Shown piece by piece: positions 25,807-38,874 of a DNA stretch of 64,000 bases. The notes under the pieces are model-generated. The model did not search any database. It worked only from the letters and a program-made list of their open reading frames with translations, and had not been told where the DNA came from. Every line of letters begins with the position of its first letter. Positions within the stretch are counted from its first letter, which is position 1. A program made the position numbers and the translations under genes. This DNA comes from Mytilus trossulus (Eukaryota), in NCBI RefSeq assembly GCF_036588685.1, contig NC_086376.1, forward strand, positions 37,324,001 to 37,388,000, in the 5' to 3' direction.

Positions 25807-28800
25807 CTGTAAAATAAACAGAAAGTTTTTAAATTAGTTTTCAAGTTGCTCTTTCATGAAATTAGATACCCACATTTCTGTTTATTCTTAACATAAAAAA
25901 TGCAAAATAAAACATTAAATTAACAATTATATCTTAAGAATTATGTTCACTTCTAAAAAAAATACTGGGCTGATCATCTGAGAAAATGGGAGATTGGAAT
26001 ATCAAATATTATAATATAAAGTCAAGATAAACTATTCTACATAATTCTTTACAATTTCCCTGACAAAATAGTTATATTTAAAAGAAGATGTGGTATGCTT
26101 GCCAATGAGACACCAATCCAATAATCCAGCCAAGACACAAGGACAAAGATGTGTACAACTATTAATCACCATACAGTCTTAAACAATGAGGAAAACCATT
26201 ATGTAATTTAAGCTTTAAAAGGTACATGTACAGGCATGACAAAACTTGAAACAATTGAAGCAAAAAAAGCTTTATGCTGAAAACAACATCCACTAGAGTG
26301 CAGGCTCTTAACTTGGGACAAGTAAATATACAGAATAAGGCAGAATTAACAAATAATAAAAAGATGTGATATGATTGCCAATGAGACAACACTCCTTACC
26401 AGAGACCAAATGACATAAAAATTAACAACTAAAGTCATTGTACAACAATGAGTTTATCCAATAAAACTGCATAGTAAGCTATAAAAGGACCCCAAAATAA
26501 CAAAAGTAAAACGATAAAGTTACAAACAAGCTTGTGAGCGTGCCCCCTACTCTTACATGAAATATTTGTGTAACAGTACAATATAAGGACAAGCTGGAAT
26601 TCGCTTCACTAGGGCCTATATAATCAAATCAATACTAAAGGACAGAAACAGTTAACAGAAAAAGTAATGACAGAGTGCAGGATCTAGAAGAAGTACTCCC
26701 AAGATACAGAAGGTCAGTTTGCCCAATATCAAGAATGGACTAAAACTGGTTATCTGTTTGGAATTTGTTTCCCATTTTGTCATGGAGGGGCGTTTTATAG
26801 CTAACTATACAGTACACTAGACCTGCTTAATCTTGAAGTTTGTAATATATGTACAGTCAGTCACCTATAGAGCATCTGGATAGTTGCCTTTAATTGGCAA
26901 TCATACATGTACCATATTTCCTTATTCTATATAAGAATAAGTAACATGAGATGAATAATGTTTGTTAACAGAACCAGATGCTTTATTGATAGTACTTTTA
27001 CACCCTAACACTCTATATTGGCTAAATAACAGATCTATTTTAGAGCAGGGTATAAATCTTAGAGCAATATGCACAAAATAACTCAATATTGCCATTACAC
27101 TTTGAAAAGATACTCCATCTTGAAACAAATGTTCGGTTTTACAGCTATTTGTGTTTTGTTTTACGTAAAATGAGAAAATATGCAAAATACAATATTTATA
27201 GTTGTCAATTTCTCTGCTTTGAAAAAGTACAATATGAAATTTAAAATAGATATCTATTTATATATTTCGTATTTATCAAAGAGTACATATTTTTGTTTTT
27301 GAAGATAATTGAATCCCACTCACAAGTTTTAAAATAAAAAATGTTCTTGTAACCACTTGAACATCAATATATCTGACAGAAAATGATCTAAAATAGAATT
27401 TAAATGGGAACCAAAGATTTCCTTGAAATACCATAGTACAATAATAGGACAGCTTTCCCAGCACTCCTGTTACTAGTAAACAAAGGCTACAAATTTGATA
27501 AAATTAGTATCATTATTGTAATTTATTATAACTATTATATTGTCTAAAATAAAATAATTGTATGGAGATTGTAAAGAGCTAATATGCACTTTTATTTATT
27601 GTCAAATATTCAATAGTTATTGTTAAATTTGGAATGATAAACAAAAGAAATTGTGTTCTGTGGGCTTGAAACAGAAATGTTGTTGCATGTATTAAAAACC
27701 ATATTTCTACAACAACATAATAGCAACTCCGAATCTGATATTTTATATCTGTGATTAAAGACTAATTTTAGATTACTGTTTCCTTTAAAATTGTTTAGCT
27801 TCAATAAAAGAATGGAGTTATCTAATTGAAAATATGATGGGAAAAAATGAGAGAAATTGTCTCCCCTTGATTTCTTTAACTTGGTTTGTCCTGTTTGCTC
27901 TTGTTTTTTTGTTGTTCAATCTTTTTTAGGGTATGTGTGCTTTTAGTAGAATTTTGTCAGTTGGGTTTGTTTTAAGGGGGGGGGGGACAAAGTATTGTAT
28001 GTCTTTATTCAACTAGTGGATTTTTATTGCCTTGGAAGCCTCCCCTTTATTTATCTTAATTATTTGTATAGTAAAAAATTGGTAAATTTGGATTAGGATT
28101 TTATTATTCTAATTTGTAGTTGTCCTGTTTTGTTAATGAAGAAACTGTAATATATAGAGAAACATCTCTGAAACTAACAGGTCAATACTACTTATTGTTT
28201 AATTCATTAATAATTCAACAAAAAGTAATCAAACCAAATGTGTGTTTCTACAAAACTTATAAGTATTTTTCTAAATAATAAAAATTTGCTTAACAATTGT
28301 TTTCAGAGAAATTCCACTTAATAAGGGAGATACAATACAATTTTGAAAGAAAACATCCTTAATGACATGCAATGCTTGTCACTTTCCTTTTCCTTAATGG
28401 GGGCCCCTCAGGTAAAAATAAACAGAGAAAATCAATACACACACCTGTACAGTAAAACCTATTTGTGCTGATATATTCCATTTAAGACAATTTTGCTGAA
28501 AACTTCCAGATTATTCATCTTCATAAAATATTTACATTTAGTCAGTAATTTTTATCGTTAAACAAGGATCCAACATGATAAATAAACTAATTTATCTTTC
28601 TACATTCTGAATCTTACAAGTAATTTATTTGGTATTGTCACATTTTGTGTAATTTGCGTCATATGTAAATATCTGATATATATTTTCAATAATAAATTTC
28701 CCTTCAAACTATTAAAATAACTATGAATTCTAAACTGACCGGTCAAATTTTGACTTCATATTTAAAAATACCAATTTTGAGAGATAACCCTGTTTGTTTT

Positions 28801-29236
28801 CACTGTAGCACCATGAATCAATTATTTGTAAACAATCATTTATCAGTGAGTAATGGAAAGAATTCTGAATCACAAAATTTTAATTTAAACAGGTATATAT
28901 ATAAATTTTCTCTCACACACTACTGAATACTTTAACATTTTCCTGGGGTGATACATTATAGAATAATAATAGGTGATAGAACAGATACTAAGGAGATATT
29001 TACCTGTTTGGTAGTACATGTACAGGTATTAATGTACCGTTAATTAGTAGATGACAAAAGTGGATTACGTTTTATTGGTAAATATCATTAACACTGAAAA
29101 TTGTGTAGAAAAATGATAAAATTTTGATTTTTCACAAGAGAATAATAGTGACTGGACATTAATAGGATATACCAGTTGGTTTCAAGTGTCTACCTTAAAT
29201 ATTCTGAGTCTTTGACTATCAGGAAATCAATACAAA

Positions 29237-30103
29237 ATGGTGGTTAAAGACAGGACTTTGGAAATGCACAAGAAACGTGAAGAACTTGGGAGAAACAGCA
29301 AGAGATTTTCATTCAAAAAGAAAAATACACCAATGGATATATTAATGAAGAAAGTGAAACGTATAGAAAACGATTTGATAGAGATACAGAGCCATGTGAC
29401 TGAAGTCACTAAACTTCAGAATAATCTCTATTGTTCGCCATTTGTCACACAGACAGAATTAAAAAAAATGGAAAAATTATCTGATCATATTTTAACTGAA
29501 TCTGTCAAAATACGTAAAGAAATTGAAGCTTTATCCAACAACAATAATGAAATTTCAGAAGCTGACGCATATCAGAAAGTATGTGTGAATCAGATTGAGA
29601 GATTGTCTCATCAGCTTCGTGAGATTATGAACACTTTCCGAGCAAATCAGGCAGATTATATTGACAAAACTAGGACAAGGTTTCAAAGAAAGGTGGTGAT
29701 AGTATCCAAGGAGGATAACCCCGATATTGACATGAACCAAGTTGATTTCCAAACTCATTCAGTGTTTACCGATAATATTATAATTCAAATGCAAACGGCC
29801 AAATCTGACCTTCAAGAATTGGAAGATAGGGAGAAAGAACTCCATCAATTAGAAAATCAAATTCATGAAGTTAATCAATTATTTAAAGAAATGAATGTGT
29901 TAGTTGGTGAACAAGGTGACATGTTAAATAACATTGAGAAAAATGTAGAGGAGGCTGTCGTACATGTGACCAAAACAAATAAAGTATTAAGGCAGGCTAA
30001 AGAGTACAAGTCTAAAGCCAGAAAAAAGAAATTTATATGTGCGGCCATCTTAGGTGCTGTTGTTGTAATAACAGTTGTTATTCTTATCATCGTATTTGCT
30101 TAG
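29237..30103 (+). CDS. Intronless syntaxin-1-like Qa-SNARE (288 aa), nested antisense in HLCS intron 8
   Basis: N-peptide KDRT, helical Habc-like region, SNARE motif with zero-layer Q (LFKEMNVLVGEQGDMLNNIE), polybasic KARKKK, C-terminal transmembrane anchor. Uninterrupted ORF. Confidence 0.92.
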   Translation: MVVKDRTLEMHKKREELGRNSKRFSFKKKNTPMDILMKKVKRIENDLIEIQSHVTEVTKLQNNLYCSPFVTQTELKKMEKLSDHILTESVKIRKEIEALSNNNNEISEADAYQKVCVNQIERLSHQLREIMNTFRANQADYIDKTRTRFQRKVVIVSKEDNPDIDMNQVDFQTHSVFTDNIIIQMQTAKSDLQELEDREKELHQLENQIHEVNQLFKEMNVLVGEQGDMLNNIEKNVEEAVVHVTKTNKVLRQAKEYKSKARKKKFICAAILGAVVVITVVILIIVFA

Positions 30104-32986
30104 TGAAGTTAAATCTACCTCAGTGGTGCCATCATTGTTATTTAATTGTCACTGTTAATTTATTTTTCATAAATATACATTATTTTGTAAATTGATTATT
30201 TTTTTAGTAAAATATCTATTTGATTACAGAATTATTTAATTTGCTTTATTTTGCAATCCTTACAGAATTTCACCTCTATGACACAATTAATGCAGACTTG
30301 GCCTAAAGTCCAATGACATATTTGATGCAGATTTGGCCTAAAGTCAATTTTTTTTATCAGCAGATCTCTTTATCAATAATCCCAACAGAACTATCAAATA
30401 TATGAACAAAGCTGACAACGACCAGAAACAAAGGATTAGATCTATACTAGCCTAAAGTAAAATTTTACACTGAATTAATAAATATTTTAGAAAACCTAGA
30501 CAAAAACTTTCAAAAGGGCAGTCACCATCTATAAGGGGTCAAGCATTTAGCACTATACATGACTTTAGCAAGAAGCAATTAAAACATGAATGACTCTGCA
30601 TCAATAATAGAGTAATCCAACTAAATTATTTTTTGTTCAACAGCACCTTTTCCCTATCCCTGACTAATTGTGTTTCAAAAACCCTGGAGCATTTAAACAT
30701 GTTATTTTAAACTGAAGATGTTTTATTTGTCTGGTTTTGGTGTCTATTAATAAGAGTAAACAAAAATCTTCAAGGAAAGCAAATTCTGGAGACTGAACTG
30801 CTTGTCTGAAGTTATCACAATAATATCAAGAACAAAATGAAAGAACATTTTGAAAGAAAGCTAACGTAATGAAGTCCCCACATAATCAGCACAACAATAT
30901 TTTACAATTCCTACTCCTTAGAATAAGGTTCGACTAAGGTTCCACATTTCAGATATTTCTCATTATAGAACTTGTTATATAACTGTTTTGATAAATGAAT
31001 ATCTTCAATATTGAAGAGAACAGGACCAAATAAATTAAAAAGCATTATCCTGATATAACAAAGTGTTGATTGACAGACTGACAGACAGAATGACTGACTG
31101 GTAGACATGACAAGAACATAATTCCTCCTCCTCCCCCACAATTTCCTGCAGTTTGGTAACAACAATTATCAAGGTTGCTTTATCATAAATTGTGCTTATA
31201 GGTTTTTCATATTTCACAACCTTTAAATGTCAATTATTTAACCTATGTAAAAGCTACATGGATAAATAATTTATCTAAATATACATGCCTAGTTAAACTT
31301 TGACAGACCAAACCTGTTTGAACTTCATGTGTGCAGTTGACCATAAGTCCATAAACATATATAGAAATCAATAAAAACTATATATAAATATTTTTTTCTA
31401 AAAAAACAATCATATGTTCTACAAATAGTATGTTATAAAACTATGTATGAATATACATAACATTAGCACTTGTCTAAGAAATCTAAATATGAACACATAA
31501 AAGATTACGTTATATGACCAATGTCCTTAGAAGGCCCAATAAGGACCCTTGGAAATTTGGTTAGGAATCTCCATAATCCTTCTGTATTTCAAATCTACTC
31601 TTCTTTATTCTAAATGCTTCAGATATATTTGAGTAGAGCAGGATACAGTCACTTATCATCAAATGCATCTATTAATTCACATAAATTATAAGTTTTTAAC
31701 AGATTGGTAACTTTATCTTTGTAATTAAAAGATATCAGCATTTCTGATTTTTTTTAAATTGCATCCTCTTCCTGGAGTGCTTTTATTCAATATACTATAT
31801 AAACTGTGAAAAAAGATAGGAAGAAAGAATTTTTCAGATGTAACTGCAAGTTTGCAACACAATGCCAAAATTCAAACTTAGGATTCAATAATTCCCATAT
31901 CGTAAAAAAATAGCCACAGCAGTGGACACAATTTAAACAGGGATTTTCCTTAACCTTGTCCAACAACCATTTCTGGGACCACAAGAGGTCAGACTAAAAG
32001 AGAGACAAAGAAAAGCCAATATGACCCTAAAATATTTGTTTTACAAGGAGCATAATAAATATGATAAAAGGACATTTTAGTTCAGGTGAATAAAACAGCA
32101 ACTTTGGACATAGGTCAGACAAAAATAAATGTTGTTTACTCAGAAAAAAATGCAAGTGTCCACTTCGATCCTTTAAAATAAATATCCCAAATAAAAATAT
32201 AAAAAGATGTGGGAAAAAGAAAAGTGCAATCAAATCCTATAATTTGTTTACATAATCATTTGACTTTGAAATGATAGTTCAAGGTCATCTTCCTTCAAAT
32301 TTAAGTATGTCCATCCCTCATTGGTAAATAAAGTGTCACAATACAACTAATTTAGCCACTTAATTGGTAATAATTGTCAGATAAACAAAAATATGGATAT
32401 TTCTAGTTATAAGAGATATATGACAAAAACCATGCAGACTTCCGTGTTTGAACATAATTTTTCATATTTTATGGTTAACAAATTTGCTATATAATAGAAT
32501 AATATTGCTTACAATTAAGGGTTACCTAACGTGATGATAAAAACACTTCAAACGCTCTATCTAAAAGTATAATCAGGAAAAGGGTTTGGTCATATAAATT
32601 GATTTTATTTCTCTCTAAACAAATTTCTACATAAACACTTATACTAATATATAGGAAGATTCTGAGGATGAACATTCTGAGGATGAACACGTTACCATTT
32701 CCCATGATGCTTTATATTCACTCTCACAATATTTATTAGACAGATTGTAAACAACTGGATAATCATCATAATATAAGTATAAATCTGTTATTAAATAAGT
32801 ACAAAACAAATACCCTACAGAAATTACGTCTCATGTCAATAGCGAAGCATTAAAATTGATAATCTGGTATCTAACCTGCCTTCATACAGTAATCCTAAAA
32901 GGATGCATTCAAGTCCACTTTCATAACCAAAAAGTATCTATATTAACTATTTCTGTTAATATTTTGTATATACTTTTTGTTTTTTC

Positions 32987-33133
32987 GGGGCCTTTTATAG
33001 CTGACTATGCGATATGGGTTTTGCTGATTGTTGAAGGCCGTATGGTGACCTATAGCTGTTAATGTCTGTGTCATTTTGGTCTTTTGTGGATAGTTGTCTC
33101 ATTGGCAATCATACCACATCTTCTTTTTTATAT
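32987..33133 (+). repeat. Short retroelement 3'-end repeat, subfamily 1 (same end as the 56041 element; remnants at about 13790, 26085, 26365, 40510, 58964)
   Basis: Matches the reverse complement of 56041-56176. Confidence 0.75.
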
Positions 33134-36100
33134 TATCAGTTGAGTAGAGTCTGTATATCTTATTGATAATTCAAAGGAATGCTACAGGGATTCTGTCACC
33201 CAAGAGCTCAAACAAAACCAGTATGAATACTGTAACTAGATTTATGTTTTATATCTGCATACTATAACAGCAATAATTCAAATTAATAGAAGAAAGTGTG
33301 TTCAGAAATATTCTAAAATATGACTTACTATTTTATTCAGATGTCAGAAACAGTTCAATGTTGTGCTGAACTAGAATAATTGGCCAACATGCAGAGATAG
33401 TATAGCGTGTCTATGTCATGAAGCATGTTTAATACCAATCAAACTGCAGGTGACTTTCGATATTATATACTGCACTGCTGAGAGATTTCTTAAATCATTA
33501 CCAAAAATTATTGTGAAAATTAAAAATGTCAATCTTTTGTCAACAGTAATTTTATACTGTCTAAAATTTCCTTATATAAAGAAAGTCATTTAATGGCAAT
33601 TTTCTTGTTAAGCGCCATGCTGGGTGACGCTGGTCGTAATTGTTTTGTTTTTTTGCACAAACCACATATTGTCATGTCATAACCAGATCCTTGTCTCTTA
33701 ATTAGGCTAAAAATATCTAGACTTGTTCTCGAAGCAGACATAGCCGATCCTAACTATTGACCAAATTCAGTAAAAGTAGCAGGTATTAGCTTTTAAAAAA
33801 GCTTCTTTGGTTGTATAAACTGGTAATATCAATCAAATATTTAAATAAGTATAGCCAAAAAAGTACTCTTATTATAATAAATTAGGAACACTAATAGAAT
33901 TTGATAGGATATGTTGCAAACTTATCTTTTCAGGCTTGTTACAGCACATGGACTTGAGTGTGAAGGTAAAGGAAGTATCTCTCGTTAGCTTGCTTTTAAG
34001 CTTAAACATATCAGTATTAGCTAATTAGGTACAACCCTCCTTGGGGCATAGTCAATACTCAATAGTTAAGCAGAGCACCAATCAAAAACATCATGCCTCA
34101 TATAAAGTAAGTCCCACACTCTCTCAAATTATAGAACCCTTGCAACAACTATTTCAGGGGTCTGTTATAATGGGACCTGTTGTAAGGCAAAATCTCTACC
34201 CCTATCCAAAATACCAGTGTTTTCAAATGGATGTCAAATCTTCCCACCTCATCCATTTGTCCCAACCTCCAGCACTTGCCTATTGCACTGATTGCAATTA
34301 GATAACTTTCAATTCGATGCATTTCCGTCAAAAACTTTGGTTTTCATGAACATCACTTCTGCGTAAAGAGGCCCTGCTACTTCCATTCCCATGTTGACCA
34401 AGTGGTTGGAAAACTGTGACGCTATATTGCACGAATAATTCAGCAAATTGAATTCTTATAATTGACAATCAGCACTTGTATCGTTAAGGAATTGTGATTA
34501 AGTACCTACAGAATAAACATATTTGCTAGTTTATCCTGCACAATGACAATCACTAAGGTGCTTGATGAACATTAATAGTGCAGCGATTCCAGGGATCCTC
34601 TCTACCTGGTAAATGACGTCATAAAGGTGGGCATAATTGATGAGTTTTTTCCAGTGATGGATGACTCTAAAGTGGTCTATAGTTTCTCATCCTAAATATG
34701 CATGAAATAGTTGCCACTGCACATTAAGCAATCAACAATCAATCCAGAACCATGGGACATTTGAATGTTTTTCGTAACATGGTAAAAAGGGAAGTAACTC
34801 CCTAATGTAAATGAATAACATTTATATGAATTGTATGTTCATATATTTTGTAACAGTTGAACTCTTAAATAATTTAACCTCAGGCAAGACAAATACCTTG
34901 TGAAATCCAACCGTTTTAAAGTGTTATAATTTAATATTGTCTGGTTCTCCCCAGGTGATAAATGATTATATTCTGTTCATATATAGGATAATATTGGTAA
35001 AAAGCAGTGAAAATTATTATATTCTCTTATATATCATAATATCGTGACAGACATTGGTCAGCATGAAAAATTAAACTGTCTTGAAGCTTAAACTTACAAA
35101 AAAATAAAAGTACAAAAAAATTGTTCTATATTTGAAGAAAACTGAAGTTTTCTGAATTTATTTTTTCATATAATTTTTTGGTTATTTGTCCGGTGCTATT
35201 CCTAGAAAAATATTTATATACTTGTACCGGTATACAAGTATCATTTGAAGGTCTGAAAAATATGCAATAATTTGTGAGACTGTCCATTTCCATTCAGTGC
35301 TATAACCTTTCTGATGGATGGTTGTCTCATTGGCAAAACTAGCACCTCTACTAGTTTTTGAAATGAAAAAAAACAATAAAGAACAAAAATTTCTTTTATA
35401 TTTGAACAAATAAAATTTCTAAAAAAAAAGTTTTTGCAAACTATGTTTTATATAAGTCCTGGCTTGACATTTAAATATATACAAACATCATCAAAAGGTC
35501 GGAAATAAAATAAAATAATTTGTCAGATTATTCTGTGCCACAGTGCCATAAATTGTGATATACCATTATTTCTGTGAATTAAGCAATCAACTCTTGCTTC
35601 CTGCATGATAGTCCTTATATTAAATAATCAGCAAAGTTAAGTTGATATAACACCTATACAATATTCTAATGCATGCTATAATTTATACATCAATCAAACA
35701 ATTATCCAGGGATTTCTTCAAAACGCTGCATAATTCCATCAAAATATGGTGTACATAATCGGTATTTACTTTTAAATAATTATATACACTACTGGGATTG
35801 TATTTGCTTAATGGAAAATTTACACTCTCTATATTGGATTTACATTTACAAAAACATGCTCTTATAGTATGGCTTTTGTGGGTGGACGATCAACTTCAAA
35901 GTCACATTCAAAATGAAACATTTACCATTAAAAGTACACCAGTACCAACAATGTTTCTAGTTAAGTCTTTTACTATTAGAGTTCAAAGTATGTTTCTTTT
36001 CTAATAAATTTTAAAATTTCTAATTTCAAAAGGTTCTTCATTATTTTGAGGTCACATATTTAGGATGTCAAACAATGTATGAAGCCTTATTTCTAAAATG

Positions 36101-38874
36101 AATCTGAAAATGTTTAGTTGAATGTGCCAGCAACTTTTTATAAAAGCACAATAAAATCTCTGAGACAGTCATTCAGACTTTATATATATAAGTTAAACAA
36201 ATATCTATCGCAAGATTTCTTGACCAAAAGGACAAGGATTAATGAAAACTTGCATATTCGTGGATATTTAATTTTCGTGGTTTTGCTGAAGTCTGCACAC
36301 AAACCTATAGAGTATTCATCATTCGTTGAACACTTAATTTCGTGGATTAACTGTATCCACGACATCCACGCAAATTGGTATCCAACAAATAATAATGAAT
36401 CCACAGTATTCTATACTTTCTGATCAAACTGTATTGAAATCAAGGGTCTTTCATAAATGTCTCAATTTAGTCACGATTCTTCATATCAGTCATTTTAATT
36501 TAAATACCTTTATTTTTCATTATATCAACGTTTTCAGTCAATTGCCTATTCCTGTTAATTTTATATATTTCTGATATTAGTGTTTAACAATTAAAAAGGA
36601 TCAACTGTGTCACGATTTCATTCATGTAAGAGCTCTCATCCTGGTCATCTTGGTTATTAAAGTGCTTTATCTAGTGTCATTAAGCATGGTTAGATTAAGG
36701 TTATAAAAGCAGACATTGTCTTCCTAAGCAAGTGTCAGACACATTACTGGACAGAATATTAAGATAAAATAAATGATTCTTAATTGAATTTGCCATGTTT
36801 TTATGACAAAAAAACTAATAACTAGCTGATTAGTATGACAGAGTCCAAAAGTAAGATCATTAAATAAAGTCAAGCCCTAAACATACGACAGTGCTCGCAT
36901 AATTAGTAATCGTATTTTTCATATTCAATATTTGTTGTTATGGGAAATGATAGCTATTAACAGTTACACTTCTGGTTGTGGCAAAAAAGTGGTCAATAAT
37001 TTACTTTTTAACTGTCATAGTCGGAATAAGCTTGAAAGATTTTTTCATTGTCTAGATGTTGTATGGTCTAATTCATGAGGTAGATGAAACCAAAAACAAC
37101 TAGATTAGCATACTTAATCTAACCTTTGGTCTAGGTCAAAACAGGTGGGCAACTAAATTAGAATTTTACCACCATGATATTAAATTAACAAGTAAAACTA
37201 ATTTTTGGTCTGATTTTAAAATTTAAAAAAAAATAAAATTGTTTTATAAAGTAAAGTACTGGATTTCATTTGACAAGTCAATTGTCAAGACGTTTGCAAA
37301 TTACACATATATTTTTTTCACCTGTTACTGATGATAACTCTAAATATAAGAAATCATCACTGATGGATGAATAAACCACAGACAGACAGACTATTGTAAG
37401 GAGTTACATACATGTAAGTCTTGTGTGACACCATTTACAACAGACACAAGACCACAGCATCTGTATGACCTGTTACCAACAATGAAACACAAAAAAATGA
37501 AAACATTAAACTAGGAAAAAAGTCTGAAATGATTGAAAAATAGCACATAAACTTTGTAAAATGATTCAAAAGTTGGGAACCCCCCCTTTTTTTTAAATGG
37601 CTGGATCCGCCCCTGAATTGAAGATAACAGGTAGAACCAACATAAGGCTGTATGGTGACATATTGTTGCAATACACAAGTTGGACATAGGTGGACAGTTG
37701 TCCTAATTCCTATCATACCACACCTTAATTTTACAAAAGCAGTCAGCACCAAAAACATTTTCAACTTCTAGTCCAAAAACTAATATTCCAACATTTTTCT
37801 TATTGATCCAAACAAAGTGTTGATAAAATCTTATTAGTCTTAATAAAGTTTTACTAGTCTAGGGTTTCACCATAGTGGCTAACCCTGCATACTGCAAAAG
37901 GAAAGCCAAGCTATGAAAAATTTAATTCCTTCTTCAGTATTAGATACAAATTTCAAACCAGATTGACAAAGACAAACTGACAGATAATTGAAAATTGGAA
38001 TAATATCTAGGTTAATTATGGCAAAGATTAGTGAGGGATGCTTCCAGACAGGTCAATATAGTACAAATATCATATTTGTCATAAATCCAATTTAAAATGG
38101 TGCCATCTAATAATCAAAACTATAAAATATGTACGGTCTACGTCAGTCAACCCATGACAAGTATTATCAGAGGAGCCACTTATCATTCTTCACTAAAATA
38201 AACTGCATAGGTTGCAAATATAGTAATGGATGACTTTAGCGTTATCAGTATTCCCTAAAGAAGAAATGCTATAGGATACTTTATAGAAAATATTCAGTTA
38301 TGGGTTATGATATCAGAAATAGGTAACTAACTCTCATGATTATCTCTCAACGTAATAAGTTAACGTTATGAATGCCTTTTAATTGTGCATTAATATAATG
38401 ATGATAGTATATCTATGGATATTTTATTGGGTAGATTAAATCAACATTATTTCTTTTGAAGAGCATTTAAAATTTTCGGTTTATAAATAATCCAATATAT
38501 GTGTACCATAATAAAAACGTCTTGACCATTTAAGACAATTTAGTATTTATGTATTCTTAGTACAAAGTTAACAAAGTAGGATTTATAATTCAAACCAAAC
38601 TGTTTATGTAAGCATATTTTAGGGAGATCAAATTACAGTGGGACTAAGGTCCAAAACCTGTTGTTTCTAGGAGAGGATTTTTTAATTTGAAATTACAAAG
38701 GTCAAGGACCTACCATTCTTCACACTGATGCTTTATATACAACCATTGTTTTCTTATGGAGGAACTTTCGCTTTGAATTTCAAATGTTCATGGGCTTTTC
38801 ATTATTTAAAGTTTTGATTCCCTGATTTTCATTCTAGCTTGTAGAATTTTGTAATTGATCTAGAATATAAAAAA

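Noticed and set aside
37328-37356. CTGATGA...GAAA spacing resembling a hammerhead
   Set aside because: The intervening sequence cannot form stem II and there is no stem I.
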